From Trichomonas gallinae (taxonomy: Eukaryota): a stretch of DNA of 53,235 nucleotides. Positions 33,419 through 45,115 of the stretch are shown piece after piece. Below the pieces are notes generated by a model, which was given only the letters and a program-made list of their open reading frames with translations, was not told the origin of the DNA and did no database searches. Position numbers and translations under genes: made by a program. The stretch is from the NCBI GenBank assembly GCA_008369845.1, contig MRSU01011608.1, forward strand, positions 1 through 53,235. The letters are read 5' to 3'. Position 1 is the stretch's first letter. Each line of letters begins with the position of its first letter.

Positions 33419-34327
33419 TTAATACTTCAGTTTATGCATATTCTTCTGCATTTTATTTCCGGAAAACGGAAACCAAATACAGAAGACGATAATGCAAGAG
33501 AAATCAATAAACAATTCCTGTGATCACACCTCCACTAGGGCTTTTCGGTTTTGTATCTACCTCTTCTTTTGTGCTTGATAATTATTTTCTATCAATTCAT
33601 CTTTTGTGTCATCCATTGTAAAGAAACTCAGACGTCTAGGCATTGCTCTCCAATGTTATATCAAGTTTTCGATTAATTTCTAGGCTGTCCAGCTAAGTGT
33701 GAGCATCTCAAGTTAGGTGTGTGATTGATTGGATATGAAAACAGGTATTGATAGCTAATGAACTAACATCGAACATCATACACTATTGGGTCTTGAATCA
33801 CATTCTAATATGCTTTTGTTTCGTATTTTTTAGAATGGAGAGTTTTTAGTACCTTTTTTTTCAACAGTGTAGATAAATAAAGTGTACTCTAATGGTGTTA
33901 AATCTGTTGAGAAAAAATGGAACTGTCTAAAATTAGGAAGGTAAGACAATTCTAATAATATCTTTCCTTTCTTCTTCGTTATAAAAGTAAATACATCCAT
34001 ATAAGCTCCATCACATTTTATCTAATTTCCATCTTCCGTGATACATGAATCATATTCTGATTTAACAAATCGTGAAATTTGGTCTTTACATGCAGCTTTG
34101 CACTATAATTCCAAGCAGACTTCTGACTGTTTTTTGATCTCCTTTCATGTTAATTCAATTGCACCATTGGATCCGAAAATACAGGCTCCTGGAATACATA
34201 TTGATGTTTCACCAGGTTGTAAAGTCATGGTTCTAACTGATATATGGTACATATTATTTTACTCTTGACATTCGGATTCATTAAAATCATATGAATGCAC
34301 AAGTTTTACAGCGAGAAAAGCAAACAT
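33419..34327 (-). pseudogene. Decayed type-I membrane/surface protein gene
   Basis: ATG 34327 gives MFAFLAVKLVHSYDFNESECQE*NNMYHISVRTMTLQPGETSICIPGACIFGSNG, then several stops and frameshifts. Near the end is PKSPSGGVITGIV plus IIVFCIWF, a typical juxtamembrane and TM segment. Confidence 0.55.
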
Positions 34328-34800
34328 TTAAATTGTAAATATAAAGTGTCTGGACTATCATTAGCATCATTTTGTAAATTTACAACAACATCAATATGTT
34401 ACTTTATTAAATAAATATAGATATAGATTTAAATAATTTGGTCTATAGATGTCAATTATCCGTTGAAACTTTTCAGAAACTAATGATAGATTCAACTATA
34501 TGCGAAATTTTCACTAAACTTTGTTTGAATATATCAACAAATTATTGACATGATAAATATACCAAAATGAGGATATATCCTAATGTAGTGTGTTTATACT
34601 GATGGTCTTTTGATCTTATATTAACAGAAATTAAAAATCTGAATTCAACCATAATAATTTAAATATTAAAACCTCTTATTCTTGAAAATTAGAGGTGAAT
34701 GTTTTATATTTCTTGAGGAGATGTAAAACATGATATTATGTTTAAATTGTGAATGTTGGCCGTCAAATTCAACATTTTTACAGGCAATTGAAGAAATTCC

Positions 34801-34818
34801 AAAACACTCGAGTGTTTT
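34801..34818. repeat. Perfect 18-bp palindrome
   Basis: aaaacactcgagtgtttt is its own reverse complement. Confidence 0.9.
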
Positions 34819-35852
34819 TTGTATTTTCCTTTATAACATACTATGCATTACATTAATATGATATAAAAAGTTATATTTCCAATTCAAAACAACCAATGAC
34901 TGTAACTTTTGTTTTTGAGTTTGATCGATTATTTATCATATATAGCACGATACAAAGCTATTGCGAACATCGATAATAATTGGCGAAATAATTCAAATTA
35001 GTTGGCTACTTGGGAAGCGTTTCTCTATCTGGTTGGGATGTGGATAACACGTTTGGTTAATAAAATCAATCTTTGGCCATTTTTGAGGCAAAATAAACAT
35101 TTTTCATTTACAAAGTATTGAGAGACATCATCGTTTTCTTTGATAATGTAAAATTTTGCAATGCATTAATGTTTGTATTATAATGTTTTAAAAATTTAGT
35201 TATAAATTAGAAGTTGAAGAATTTAATAACATCGATATATAGATCTAATAAGTGATAATATTAAATGAAATAAAATTTTGCAAATAATTCAATCAAAGTC
35301 ATAATTTTAAGCACATGTATACAGTATCTTTTTCATTATTATTTCGTATTCAAAAAAAAATTGATTAATATCTTATTTCTCAATTTTCCCTTCTCACATA
35401 ACACGTATACTCATTTCTATGATAGAATCCAAAGATTATTTAACTCGACCATTTTATTGAGAAGAATCTTCAAATTTTTTATATGTCATATTGATATTCA
35501 TGATATGAACATTAAAAATAACCGAAAACATTTCTAAATTTCTTTCTCAATATAATTCAAAGAACAATCATCACGATTAGATATATTGTCTGAAAATTAA
35601 ATTTTCATGATAAAATAACTTTTTTGAGATAATTGAAAGCAATGAACGTTGATGATCAACATCATTTGCCTGTATATATATAAATGATCTATATTTAAAA
35701 TAATTCTGATCAAAAGCTTTTACACAGTTTTGTTTGAAACAGAAAGTTTTCTCAAAACTATAAACAAAATAATTAATGGTGAAATATGCTGCATACATTG
35801 ATTCTAGTAATATTGTTCGATGTTTAAAAAACAATTCAAAAAAATATCAAAA

Positions 35853-36836
35853 ATGAACAACGAGGAATTGCATTTTCTTCACGGACTTGGCTTGTCAGTA
35901 CAGGATTCCATTGCTAAAGGTGGATTTGGTACTATCTATAGCGTGTTCTCGCACACTTATAAAATGGTTTTCGCCTTGAAGAAAATTCCTGAACAAGAAT
36001 TTAATGAAGCAGAGCTCGAATGCTTGAAACAATTGGATGATCCCCATATAGTAAATCTCTATGGCTACTACAAATTCAATGGATCTGTTTATCTTCTGAT
36101 GGAATATTGTCCAAGAGATCTTCAAAGCATGATAAAAACGAACCAAATCAAGACCAAAGAGGATATCTTACAAAATGTGCACGGAGTCATAATGGCTGTG
36201 AAGGCTGTCCACGATCGAAATATCTCGCATTGTGATATTAAACCTTCAAACTTCTTAATAGACTCGTACGGGCGGGTTAAAATAGGTGATTTTGGGTTGT
36301 CTAAAATACATAAGGAGTCATCGATTCTTCAAAACGCTCGTGGAACGAAACTATTTATGGCTCCTGAATTATTCCAACAGAAAGAGTTTGATGCCTTCTT
36401 AGCAGATATATGGGCATTAGGAGTCACAATATATCACATTGCAACTGGAAAATTCCCATTTATGTCAGGAACAGCCCAAGGATTAATTGATAAAATTCAG
36501 ATGGGCGCATACTCATTAGATGAAGTCGAAGATAAGCATTTAAAGCAGCTTATTGCCAGTTGCCTCCGTCTCAGACCAGAAAACAGAGCTACATGTGAAG
36601 AACTTCTAAATTCTCCACTCTTCACCCAATCAAGAAGGATTCTACCATCGCAGTCTCTATTGAATACAACTTCAATTAGAAGAATGAGTCTTCAATGCAT
36701 TACAAAGCCAAAATTATCAAATCAAAGCAAATTGGGCATAATCAATGCTGTTGCTACACATAAGAAGCTGATAAAGGAAACTCGTTCAAAAGTTGTGTTC
36801 GTGAGTCCAAACGCTCGTTCTGCCGATTTTTGTTGA
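35853..36836 (+). CDS. CAMK-group-like Ser/Thr kinase (non-RD)
   Basis: AKGGFG, FALKKI, HCDIKPSN, DFG, GTKLFMAPE, DIWALG. Likely start is ATG 35853; ATG 35820 is also in frame. Confidence 0.9.
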   Translation: MNNEELHFLHGLGLSVQDSIAKGGFGTIYSVFSHTYKMVFALKKIPEQEFNEAELECLKQLDDPHIVNLYGYYKFNGSVYLLMEYCPRDLQSMIKTNQIKTKEDILQNVHGVIMAVKAVHDRNISHCDIKPSNFLIDSYGRVKIGDFGLSKIHKESSILQNARGTKLFMAPELFQQKEFDAFLADIWALGVTIYHIATGKFPFMSGTAQGLIDKIQMGAYSLDEVEDKHLKQLIASCLRLRPENRATCEELLNSPLFTQSRRILPSQSLLNTTSIRRMSLQCITKPKLSNQSKLGIINAVATHKKLIKETRSKVVFVSPNARSADFC

Positions 36837-37321
36837 AATAGATTTTGATCGATTTTTAATCATCTAATTATTTATCATTGTTTTTATGTCTTTATATTGT
36901 AAATATTTTATATTTTGTGTTTTTTTACGATTTATTGATGAATTTTCGAAAATTGATTCACCAAATATTACTGAACAGTCATCCTAATTATGATATCTAT
37001 ATACTAATTATTGTCAAAAACAAAACTACAATAATAAGATTATGAGTTAACATATAGATACAAAATTTACATGGAAGGATTAAGAATATATAAATCGAAT
37101 ACTATTAAAAATAATCTATGCATGAGTGCAGTTGTTTGAGATGATCATCTGCTGAAATACTATCAATAATTTATATAATTTTATATTATTGCTTGAAATA
37201 ATGTGTTAAATGTTTTTGGAGAGGAATAATTCTGTCGTTTTCGATTGCTTCTCTTATATTTCCACTGCAATGAAATAGAATCAAATCATTATAAAAAACA
37301 TAGTGGAAAAGTGTCAAATGA

Positions 37322-37329
37322 AAAGTGAC
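37322..37329 (+). promoter_or_regulatory. M2-type motif AAAGTGAC before ATG 37332
   Basis: aaaagtgacaaATG, the same context as at 10206-10219. Confidence 0.65.
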
Positions 37330-37331
37330 AA

Positions 37332-38305
37332 ATGATTAGAATTTTTTGAATTCTGTTCTATGGAATGAATATTTTCGTGAGATATCCAGTTATAATGCTA
37401 AGACTCACGCAAATAATCTTTCAAATCAAAGAGGAAACTACTTAATTAGAAATATTCGAATATTTGATTTTACAAATCAATGCATTACATTTGCAGATGA
37501 TACACAGAACAAATTACTGTTGCATAATGCAATATTTTCGAACATATCAGGCAAGTTTCATGGACTCTGTTTATCGATGAATTCTGGTCAATGCGTACAG
37601 TCAAGAATATGCAGTATAAACTGCAATAATCCTGGACATTCCCAAACATACGCAATGATAACTGCAAACAAAGGATCATCAACAAAAAATCTTGTTTTAG
37701 ATTCGACTTTTGCAAATCAAAGAGGCGGTTGGGAAGTATTCCGCCTAGACTACGGGAAGTGTGCAGTAAGCAGAACTAACATCTCACATACAACATATAT
37801 AAATTCGCCACTTTTCAGGCTGTCAAATGACGGAATGTCAGAATATCAAATAAATTTTGACACGTTTTTTGACACTACATCAACTTCGAACTACGGCATT
37901 TCTATATATGACTGCCAGCATGCAATTAATGACTGCGCTTTTCTATCAAACAATGCGCCGAATCAAGGCCTTTTACGTGTTGACTCTAACATAGGAGAGA
38001 CAACAAAAGTTTTCATGGCTAATTGTTATTTTGTTTCGAATAATTATGATTATTTGTGTTATTTAGTCAATTCATATGTTTATATTAGAGACTGCAAATT
38101 CACTAACAACGAATTCCAAGCAAACACAGATAACTACACAATTTTTGGCTCAAAGGTTTTTGCAATCGATCTTTTCCACTTATCAACGTTTGAGTGCGTA
38201 GCAGAACGATATCTAATAGGAGACAAAATATATTTCATTACCTGTAACACTGGTAATGCTTATACCTACTCAATATTATTACTTTTCATTGTAATTCTTA
38301 ATTAA
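37332..38305 (+). pseudogene. Putative exported beta-helix-like protein, frameshifted in a T6 run just after the ATG (or an assembly error)
   Basis: ATG ATT AGA ATT TTT TGA stops at codon 6. One extra T in 37342-37347 gives MIRIFLNSVLWNEYF..., joining the 319-codon ORF. Contains 'C.F.SN' beta-helix-like repeats and a hydrophobic C-terminus. Paralog of 29664-30650. Confidence 0.65.
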
Positions 38306-38596
38306 ATACATTATACTGATACTTAATCAGCTGTCCAACCATCAGTAATATATTAATTCCATGAGTTTTTATAATTAGATCAAATAAAATTCAGATATTT
38401 TTTGATTTTAATTTTATCATTCATATAATGACATGAAAACCATATTGGGAAATAATATATCACGTAAATATAGAATACATTAGTCAAATTATCATCAATT
38501 TTTAACTCACAATCAACTTATTTAAATCTGAAATATTAGCTAGTATAAAGCTATTTCATATTAAAACATATTTATTACAAACAATAAATAAATAAG

Positions 38597-39667
38597 TTAA
38601 TCATATCTTACAGGCTGTTTTGGACTCGAATTAATTATCAATCTTTTTGCTCCGCGTTGAAAAGTAGAGCCATGTTGTGGCAGTTTTATTCCACCAAGTA
38701 GATGGTTTCTTCCTTTATTTTGCTTCATAAAACCTCCTTTGAAAGAATTAATTTCTCCTGTTGTCTTGTATAGCTCTGAAAACTCGTCATTTATCTGTTT
38801 TCTTCGTATTATCTTGGATTTGACATCATTACTCAATGGTTCCCATTTTTCTGTTGAATTGAAATTTTCTTTGAGAATAAAGTTATTATTGTAGGAATTT
38901 ACCCATGGAATTTGAGCTGTTTGGGTTGATGACGGTCTCATATCAGGATTCTTATTTAAAAGAGTTTTTATCACAAAAATAATTTGATTATTTCCAACAA
39001 CTGGATAAAATGGATCTTTCTTGATAACTTTCTCTGTAAGACAGTGTATATTTACGTCACCAAATGGAAGAGAGTTGAATGATAAAGCATAAAGAATAAT
39101 TCCAAGTCCCCACATGTCAACTTTGTATGTGTATGGCTTAGAAAGAAGCATTTCTGGTGCTGAATATGAAGGAGAACCACATGTTGTGAAAAACATCGAA
39201 GCATCATCTTTCTGTTGATTGCTCAAACCAAAGTCAAGTAATCTTACGTTCATACTTTTGTCGATAATTATGTTTTCGAGCTTTAAATCACGGTGAACAA
39301 TATTTAACGAATCGTGTAAATAAATTAAAGCAGAAAGGATCTCACAGAAGAAATGCTTGATCTTCCAGTCAGGCAATTTCGCTTGTTCTTTAATATATTC
39401 CAATAAAGTTGGTCCTTCGACGTATTCCATTACAATATAAAGGCTCTCTGCGTCTTCGATTACTTGGTATAGTGATACTATAAAAGGATGATGTATTTTC
39501 ATCATTAAATCGTATTCGCGTGCCAAATTAATTTTATGCACTGATTTTTTTATAATTTTAATTGCAACTTTCTCTTGTGTCGTGATGTGAGTTGCCAGGT
39601 AGACCTTCCCAAACGTCCCGGAGCCAATGTGTTTATCTAAATAATAATCGCCAACTTTACACTCCAT
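38597..39667 (-). CDS. CAMK-family (SNF1/AMPK/MARK-like) Ser/Thr kinase
   Basis: IGSGTFGKVYLATH, VAIKII, HRDLKLEN, DFG, TTCGSPSYSAPE, DMWGLG. ATG at 39667 follows a TCAGTT Inr-like site. Confidence 0.92.
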   Translation of the reverse strand: MECKVGDYYLDKHIGSGTFGKVYLATHITTQEKVAIKIIKKSVHKINLAREYDLMMKIHHPFIVSLYQVIEDAESLYIVMEYVEGPTLLEYIKEQAKLPDWKIKHFFCEILSALIYLHDSLNIVHRDLKLENIIIDKSMNVRLLDFGLSNQQKDDASMFFTTCGSPSYSAPEMLLSKPYTYKVDMWGLGIILYALSFNSLPFGDVNIHCLTEKVIKKDPFYPVVGNNQIIFVIKTLLNKNPDMRPSSTQTAQIPWVNSYNNNFILKENFNSTEKWEPLSNDVKSKIIRRKQINDEFSELYKTTGEINSFKGGFMKQNKGRNHLLGGIKLPQHGSTFQRGAKRLIINSSPKQPVRYD

Positions 39668-40569
39668 AATAAATAATGTGGAAAACTGACAATTTTTGAA
39701 AAAAAATTGTGAACTATTCAAATTTTTGAATTTTCATTGAATTTATTACCGTTATCAAACTTTGCCAAAATACAGCTGTTTTATTCCACATTTTTAGGAA
39801 ATAAATGGATCCCGCTTTTCGGAAATATAAATGTTCGAAATTCATCGAATAATATAATGAACCATTCGATTTCCTTGGGAAATTGGATGCATCTAGTCAT
39901 CACTATTACATGTAATATGGCGACCAACCAAAAATTTCGAATTTTCAATGATTAATTCCTTATTCGTACTAAAATAATAGGTTATTTAGAGCCTTTCTTG
40001 ATAATTTATATTATATATACTATAATGAATTGTTATCATTTCTCTAATCCAATAAATTCGATGAATTCACTTGATCAAAACACAAATTCAAGAAAGCTGT
40101 TGACATAAATAAATATTTAAGATACAAAACAGCATTATATGGCAATTTAAACCCATATCATTTAAGAATCATCTACTCAATCGGTACTTCGAAAGATTTT
40201 TCATCCAGATTTTGCCTGTAAAACTCTTAGAACTCATTCACTACGAATAAAAAGGAGAACGTAATGATTCACAAAGGTATAATAACATAGAAATGAAAAA
40301 TGAAAAGAAAGATATCTCACGGCCCTTGTCTTCATGCAATTCCATAGATATTCTAATTAAAGCATCTTATAATTATCCTTATGGTAATCCCAAAGTGTAA
40401 AGCTATTTTGATTTGAGAATTGGAGAGTTTTCCATAACACTTTTTTATAAGTCAAATTTTGTCATGTAAATCCATCAAAATGTCATGTAAGTTATCACTT
40501 GAAAATAGAAAAACTGACAATTGATTTTATGTTCTGAAGTTAATAGTAGAACCCAATAAAAATGCACCA

Positions 40570-41166
40570 ATGCAGGGAATATTTTACAACTTGCGTGCAA
40601 AGAGCTTCCCTGTGTTGAACTATGTAAGCATTACCGATAGTAGTAGATATGTTCATCCTGACTGGTTGGTTCCTACTCAGTTAATTGAAGGAAAGTCACA
40701 CCCTAATGGATGTGCCTCATTAGACACACCAAACCAGTTTCTTGAATTTAATTTTAATAATTCGTTTGTAAAATTTAAAGCATATGGCTTCAAAACACCA
40801 TACCATAGTGATGAAATACCTAGAAATTGGAAAGTTGAATGTCAAGATGACTTATCTTTTCAATTATTAGATTCTCATACGAATGATTTAACTTTAAACC
40901 ATGAAGTTCGTGGAGGATTTTCTAGTCATAGCGATGAAAATATGTTTTTAACAAAGAAAGTGTTAAAATGTAGATCTATACGATTAACTCAAACTGGAGT
41001 CAACTCTAGAAATGAGCATTTTTTTGAAATTGCTGCAGTTGAATTTTTTGGAGAATTTTGTACAGGAGAATCATGCATACCTTTTTGCAAAACATTATTG
41101 CAAAAATATAATTACAGACCAAACATTCTGGATTGCTTGGTCATATTCCTTATTACATATATATAA
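40570..41166 (+). CDS. F5/8 type C / galactose-binding-like domain protein with hydrophobic C-terminus (5' end possibly damaged)
   Basis: QFLEFNF...YGFKT...PRNWKVE...RSIRLTQTGVN...FFEIAAVEFFG fits a discoidin-like pattern. The frame stays open upstream to 40525 (FYVLKLIVEPNKNAP) but has no ATG there. Confidence 0.65.
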   Translation: MQGIFYNLRAKSFPVLNYVSITDSSRYVHPDWLVPTQLIEGKSHPNGCASLDTPNQFLEFNFNNSFVKFKAYGFKTPYHSDEIPRNWKVECQDDLSFQLLDSHTNDLTLNHEVRGGFSSHSDENMFLTKKVLKCRSIRLTQTGVNSRNEHFFEIAAVEFFGEFCTGESCIPFCKTLLQKYNYRPNILDCLVIFLITYI

Positions 41167-41530
41167 AGCTATTAAATAATATATTGCATATCAAAAACTT
41201 TTAATTATTTTTTAGAAAAAATTTTAAAAAAATGCAATTGGATTTTGGATAGCATTGTTGTTTATCAATATATTACTATATAAGCAAGTATATATTGAGA
41301 TATTATTTCAAAATATTATTATATTCAAATTTGGAATAGCGAATATGATGGTTTTTGCAATATAAGCATGAATTTCCAGGTCAATGTCATATCAGCATCT
41401 TGAAATGAAAATTTGAAATTTGATTTTCTTTTTGAACTAGCAATATTGTATGTATCACATAAGGGATGGAAAGACCAATATTGCCGACTAATTGTTGTAT
41501 GATTCAAAATTGAAATTATCAAAAATAAAA

Positions 41531-42064
41531 TCATGAAACATTGTGTTCCATCCATTCGAAAATCGTGAATAGTTTGTCATCGAGGCGTTTTATTTGTTGA
41601 ATTGAATAATTTTTAGTGCTGAAATGCTTTTTAAAGACATTTTGTACTATTACGTATTCAGAAAGGTTTGGATCGTCTGTTTTAGTCATAATTCCTAGAA
41701 TTGGAATATCTTTTCCCTCTAACATTTCAAGTAAAGAAGAAAACATTAATTTAACCGGATTCAACGCGGAAGAAATTGTTAGTGCATCGAAACAAATAAT
41801 GATTCCATCGCTTTTTTCAATACATTCCTTCCATTCTTGATGATGTGTAAAAAGTCCATTTGTATCCAAAAATATATATTCTTTTTTGTGTATTACGACA
41901 CTTTTGATTGATATACCAATCGTTTCAATCGGAGGAAGACTCGGATCATATTCGCCAGCAAGAAAATCAATAATTGATGTTTTTCCCGTCCCTGGTAGCC
42001 CCAAAACAGTAATAGTAATTCGTTCGTACGAATCAGCCGCTGAAATACTTGGTGAGCATCCCAT
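41531..42064 (-). CDS. Divergent Arf/Arl-like small GTPase
   Basis: G1 GLPGTGKT, G2 ETIG, G3 DTNG, W..C...DGII.CFD, G4 TKTD, terminal FEWM helix. N-terminus MGC is an acylation-type motif. Confidence 0.8.
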   Translation of the reverse strand: MGCSPSISAADSYERITITVLGLPGTGKTSIIDFLAGEYDPSLPPIETIGISIKSVVIHKKEYIFLDTNGLFTHHQEWKECIEKSDGIIICFDALTISSALNPVKLMFSSLLEMLEGKDIPILGIMTKTDDPNLSEYVIVQNVFKKHFSTKNYSIQQIKRLDDKLFTIFEWMEHNVS

Positions 42065-43113
42065 GGGAAATAAAACGTTATTTTAATTTGTCATTTATGA
42101 TTTTATCATATTTTACATGGCAAATCATATTTTATTTATAGATTATGTTTGTATTTAATTAGAGAAAATTAGAAGATTTTGAAAAGTGAATTTGTCAGAC
42201 AGAAAATTTTGGTTCTAAAACTGAAGGTAGTAAATGCTATTATAAAATTAAATATGAATTTTGATTTAAAATTCAAAATTACTGAAATATTCAGTCTTAT
42301 GGAAAACAAAAAACTGTGGAAATTAAATATTATAGTGTTCATCTAATATAGATTCATTATAATGAATTAAAAATCTAAAATTTTATATCAGATTTTAAAA
42401 TAAGATAAATATATTATATTTTTACTTTTATTTTCCAGCATTATATTACCATAAAAACAATAATTCATATTTAAGCAAAAATAATATTAAATTTCGGATC
42501 TATACTATATTATTTATCTAAATCCACTAAAAACGAGCCTAAAAATTTTGAGACCAAGGAATTTGATTCAATGTGACGGATTTATATTTTAACAGTATAA
42601 ATTTGTTAATTAACAGAGTTTCTCCAATAATATCAAGTAAAATTAACATGATCATCAATTCATAATTTTACAATTAAAAAAAATATTGTTTTTCGGACAC
42701 TATTTTCATAATATAGATAGTACTTAGGCATTATATGTTAGTTTACATGTTTAATCGAGTGATCATGCATCTATTTTTGTTGCAATCAGATTATGTTGAA
42801 TTTTATGCTCATACAATTATATACTATTTTATACCGGGCTATATATCATATTTTGAGCTTCTGAGGCCTTCAATAAGGATAATTCATTGTTTTGTAAATA
42901 ATTCAGCGAATAATAAATATTTTCAAGATTTAATGCAAAAATCATTTTAATAACTCTTATCTCTTTCTATTTATGCTATTATTTCGATATTTTATTCCAA
43001 TATATTTTGGATTTTCAAAACTCATTTTCAGGTCAAATCCTTAAAGATATAAACATAAAAGTTAGTTAAGAACATTATATACTAACATTTACAATACAAA
43101 AAAATAAGAAAAA

Positions 43114-44100
43114 TTAACGCTTTTTCAGGCTAATTTTGATTCTTCCGCACATTCTTGAGAAGTTCATCTCTGAGTTTTCTCTTGGAAGTACTTGTTTTCT
43201 TATTCCAATCTTTGGTAATGTTGTTCTTTTAGCCTTCAAGACAATATCTGCACTCTTTGGATGTACAATTGGCTTGTTGAGATAGTTTTCGAAGTATTCG
43301 CATATCTGTTGAGCAGTTGGTCTTTCTTCCGGGTTAAAAACAAGCATCTTTCCAATGATGAATCCAATAATTCCGTTTGTTCTATTGATAATTTCGAGCT
43401 TCTTGTCGACCATCTGGCTTATAATCTTAGCATCATTAATGTTCTCCCATGGGAACTTTGATGTACAAAGAATATGCATTGTTACACCTAATGACCATAT
43501 GTCAGCCTCGAAAGCATTGTATGATTCTGATGAAATCACTTCAGGGGCAATGTACAGCTGGGTTCCGCAGAATGTTTTCATCTTATATCCGTTTTCTCTC
43601 GCCAAACCAAAATCAATAAGAATTGGCTTGAAATCGTCGTCGAACAAGATGTTCTCTGGTTTAATATCTCTAACACAGATTCCTCTGGAATGGAGGTAAT
43701 TTATAGCGTCAACGAGCTGTCTGAAGATGGAAATCTGTTCACTCGGAGTGAAACTAATGCCACGAGCGAGTATATTGACTAAGTCACCGTTTCTGCAGTA
43801 GTCCATAACGATCATAATGTTGTCCTGATCGTAAATAACCTCTTTGATTTTGACAATGTTTGGATGATCCATTCTTTGGTGAAGCCTAACCTCGCTTTCT
43901 ATGTATGCCATCATGTTATTCTCTATGATAGCCTTTCTATTGTAGATTTTAATCGCAACCTTTGTCTGCAATTTGGTGTCATAGGCTAAGACAACGACAG
44001 CAAAAGCTCCTAGGCCGCACCTCTTGATGACCTTGTACTTACCGATCATGGTGGGTACTTGCTTGCTCTCTTCCTCAAGACTATAACCAAAAGTTGCCAT
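43114..44100 (-). CDS. CAMK-family Ser/Thr kinase
   Basis: GLGAFAVV, VAIKI, HPNIV, VRDIKPEN, DFG, TFCGTQLYIAPE, DIWSLG. TCATTT initiator directly before the ATG at 44100. Confidence 0.92.
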   Translation of the reverse strand: MATFGYSLEEESKQVPTMIGKYKVIKRCGLGAFAVVVLAYDTKLQTKVAIKIYNRKAIIENNMMAYIESEVRLHQRMDHPNIVKIKEVIYDQDNIMIVMDYCRNGDLVNILARGISFTPSEQISIFRQLVDAINYLHSRGICVRDIKPENILFDDDFKPILIDFGLARENGYKMKTFCGTQLYIAPEVISSESYNAFEADIWSLGVTMHILCTSKFPWENINDAKIISQMVDKKLEIINRTNGIIGFIIGKMLVFNPEERPTAQQICEYFENYLNKPIVHPKSADIVLKAKRTTLPKIGIRKQVLPRENSEMNFSRMCGRIKISLKKR

Positions 44101-45115
44101 TAAAAAAATGAATAAATTAAGACATATCTCAATTTTTTGCACATTTTTCAATCCATTTTTTCGCGGTTCTTCAGAATTTTTTACAAACATACGCAGTATC
44201 ATATAACAAGCATATATTGAAGAAGAAAACTTGTCTCGATTTTTGTTAGTGCATTCAAAAATTGATAAACCATGCAAAAATCAAACTATAGTTGAGAATA
44301 ATAGAAATTATTATACTAGCAGGAAAAGGCAAATAATGATATATTCTCGATAAAATTTGGCAAATTAATGAGTGCTTTTCAATTTTTAATTTTCAGTACA
44401 GCTTTTTTAAAAAATTTTCAGATGAATACAGTCAAAATAACGATTATGAAGATTATCATAGCATTGCTATTATCATATACTGAATATAAATTACGAAATT
44501 TTGCCCACTTATCGAACGATCTGTTTTTGAAGACTAATGAATTTGTAATCACTATAGATGCCATTTTCTTAAAATAAATTCATAATAAAAATAATACTTT
44601 TTTTAAATGTTATTTTTGAGAGAAATTTTGAATAAAATTTACAGGTTAATTGAGATTTTAAAATATGATATTACTTATCATATTATATCAATCTTTAAAG
44701 TCTTTACAAAAATATATTCAAAATTTTGAAAACATATTTATGATATTTATCGAACAAAAATGCATATTTATAATATATTAATCCCAATAATCATAGAAAT
44801 TTTAGACTATAAAAATAACGGTTATTTATACAACCAATTATATTTTTATACCATTTATACAGAATTAACTTATTAATATAAGATTATTATTTTAAAATAA
44901 TCAAACAAAATGTCACTTTTAAAAATATATCGATAATTTTATAAAATATAATGGTTAATGATAAATATATTATACAAAAATTTACATGGCAGAAAGTTTT
45001 GATAGTGTCATAAGAAATCACAGTATTCTAATTAATGTAATTGGGTATTTTGGATGGACATTTCCATGTTTAATAAAACTTCATTGTTGGTCACCCGACA
45101 ACTTTTCAATGTTCT

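Noticed and set aside
40050..40440. Coding-like composition in intergenic DNA (similar patches near 34950-35130 and 47700-48120)
   Set aside because: No sustained frame or family motif. These may be old remnants but are unsupported.
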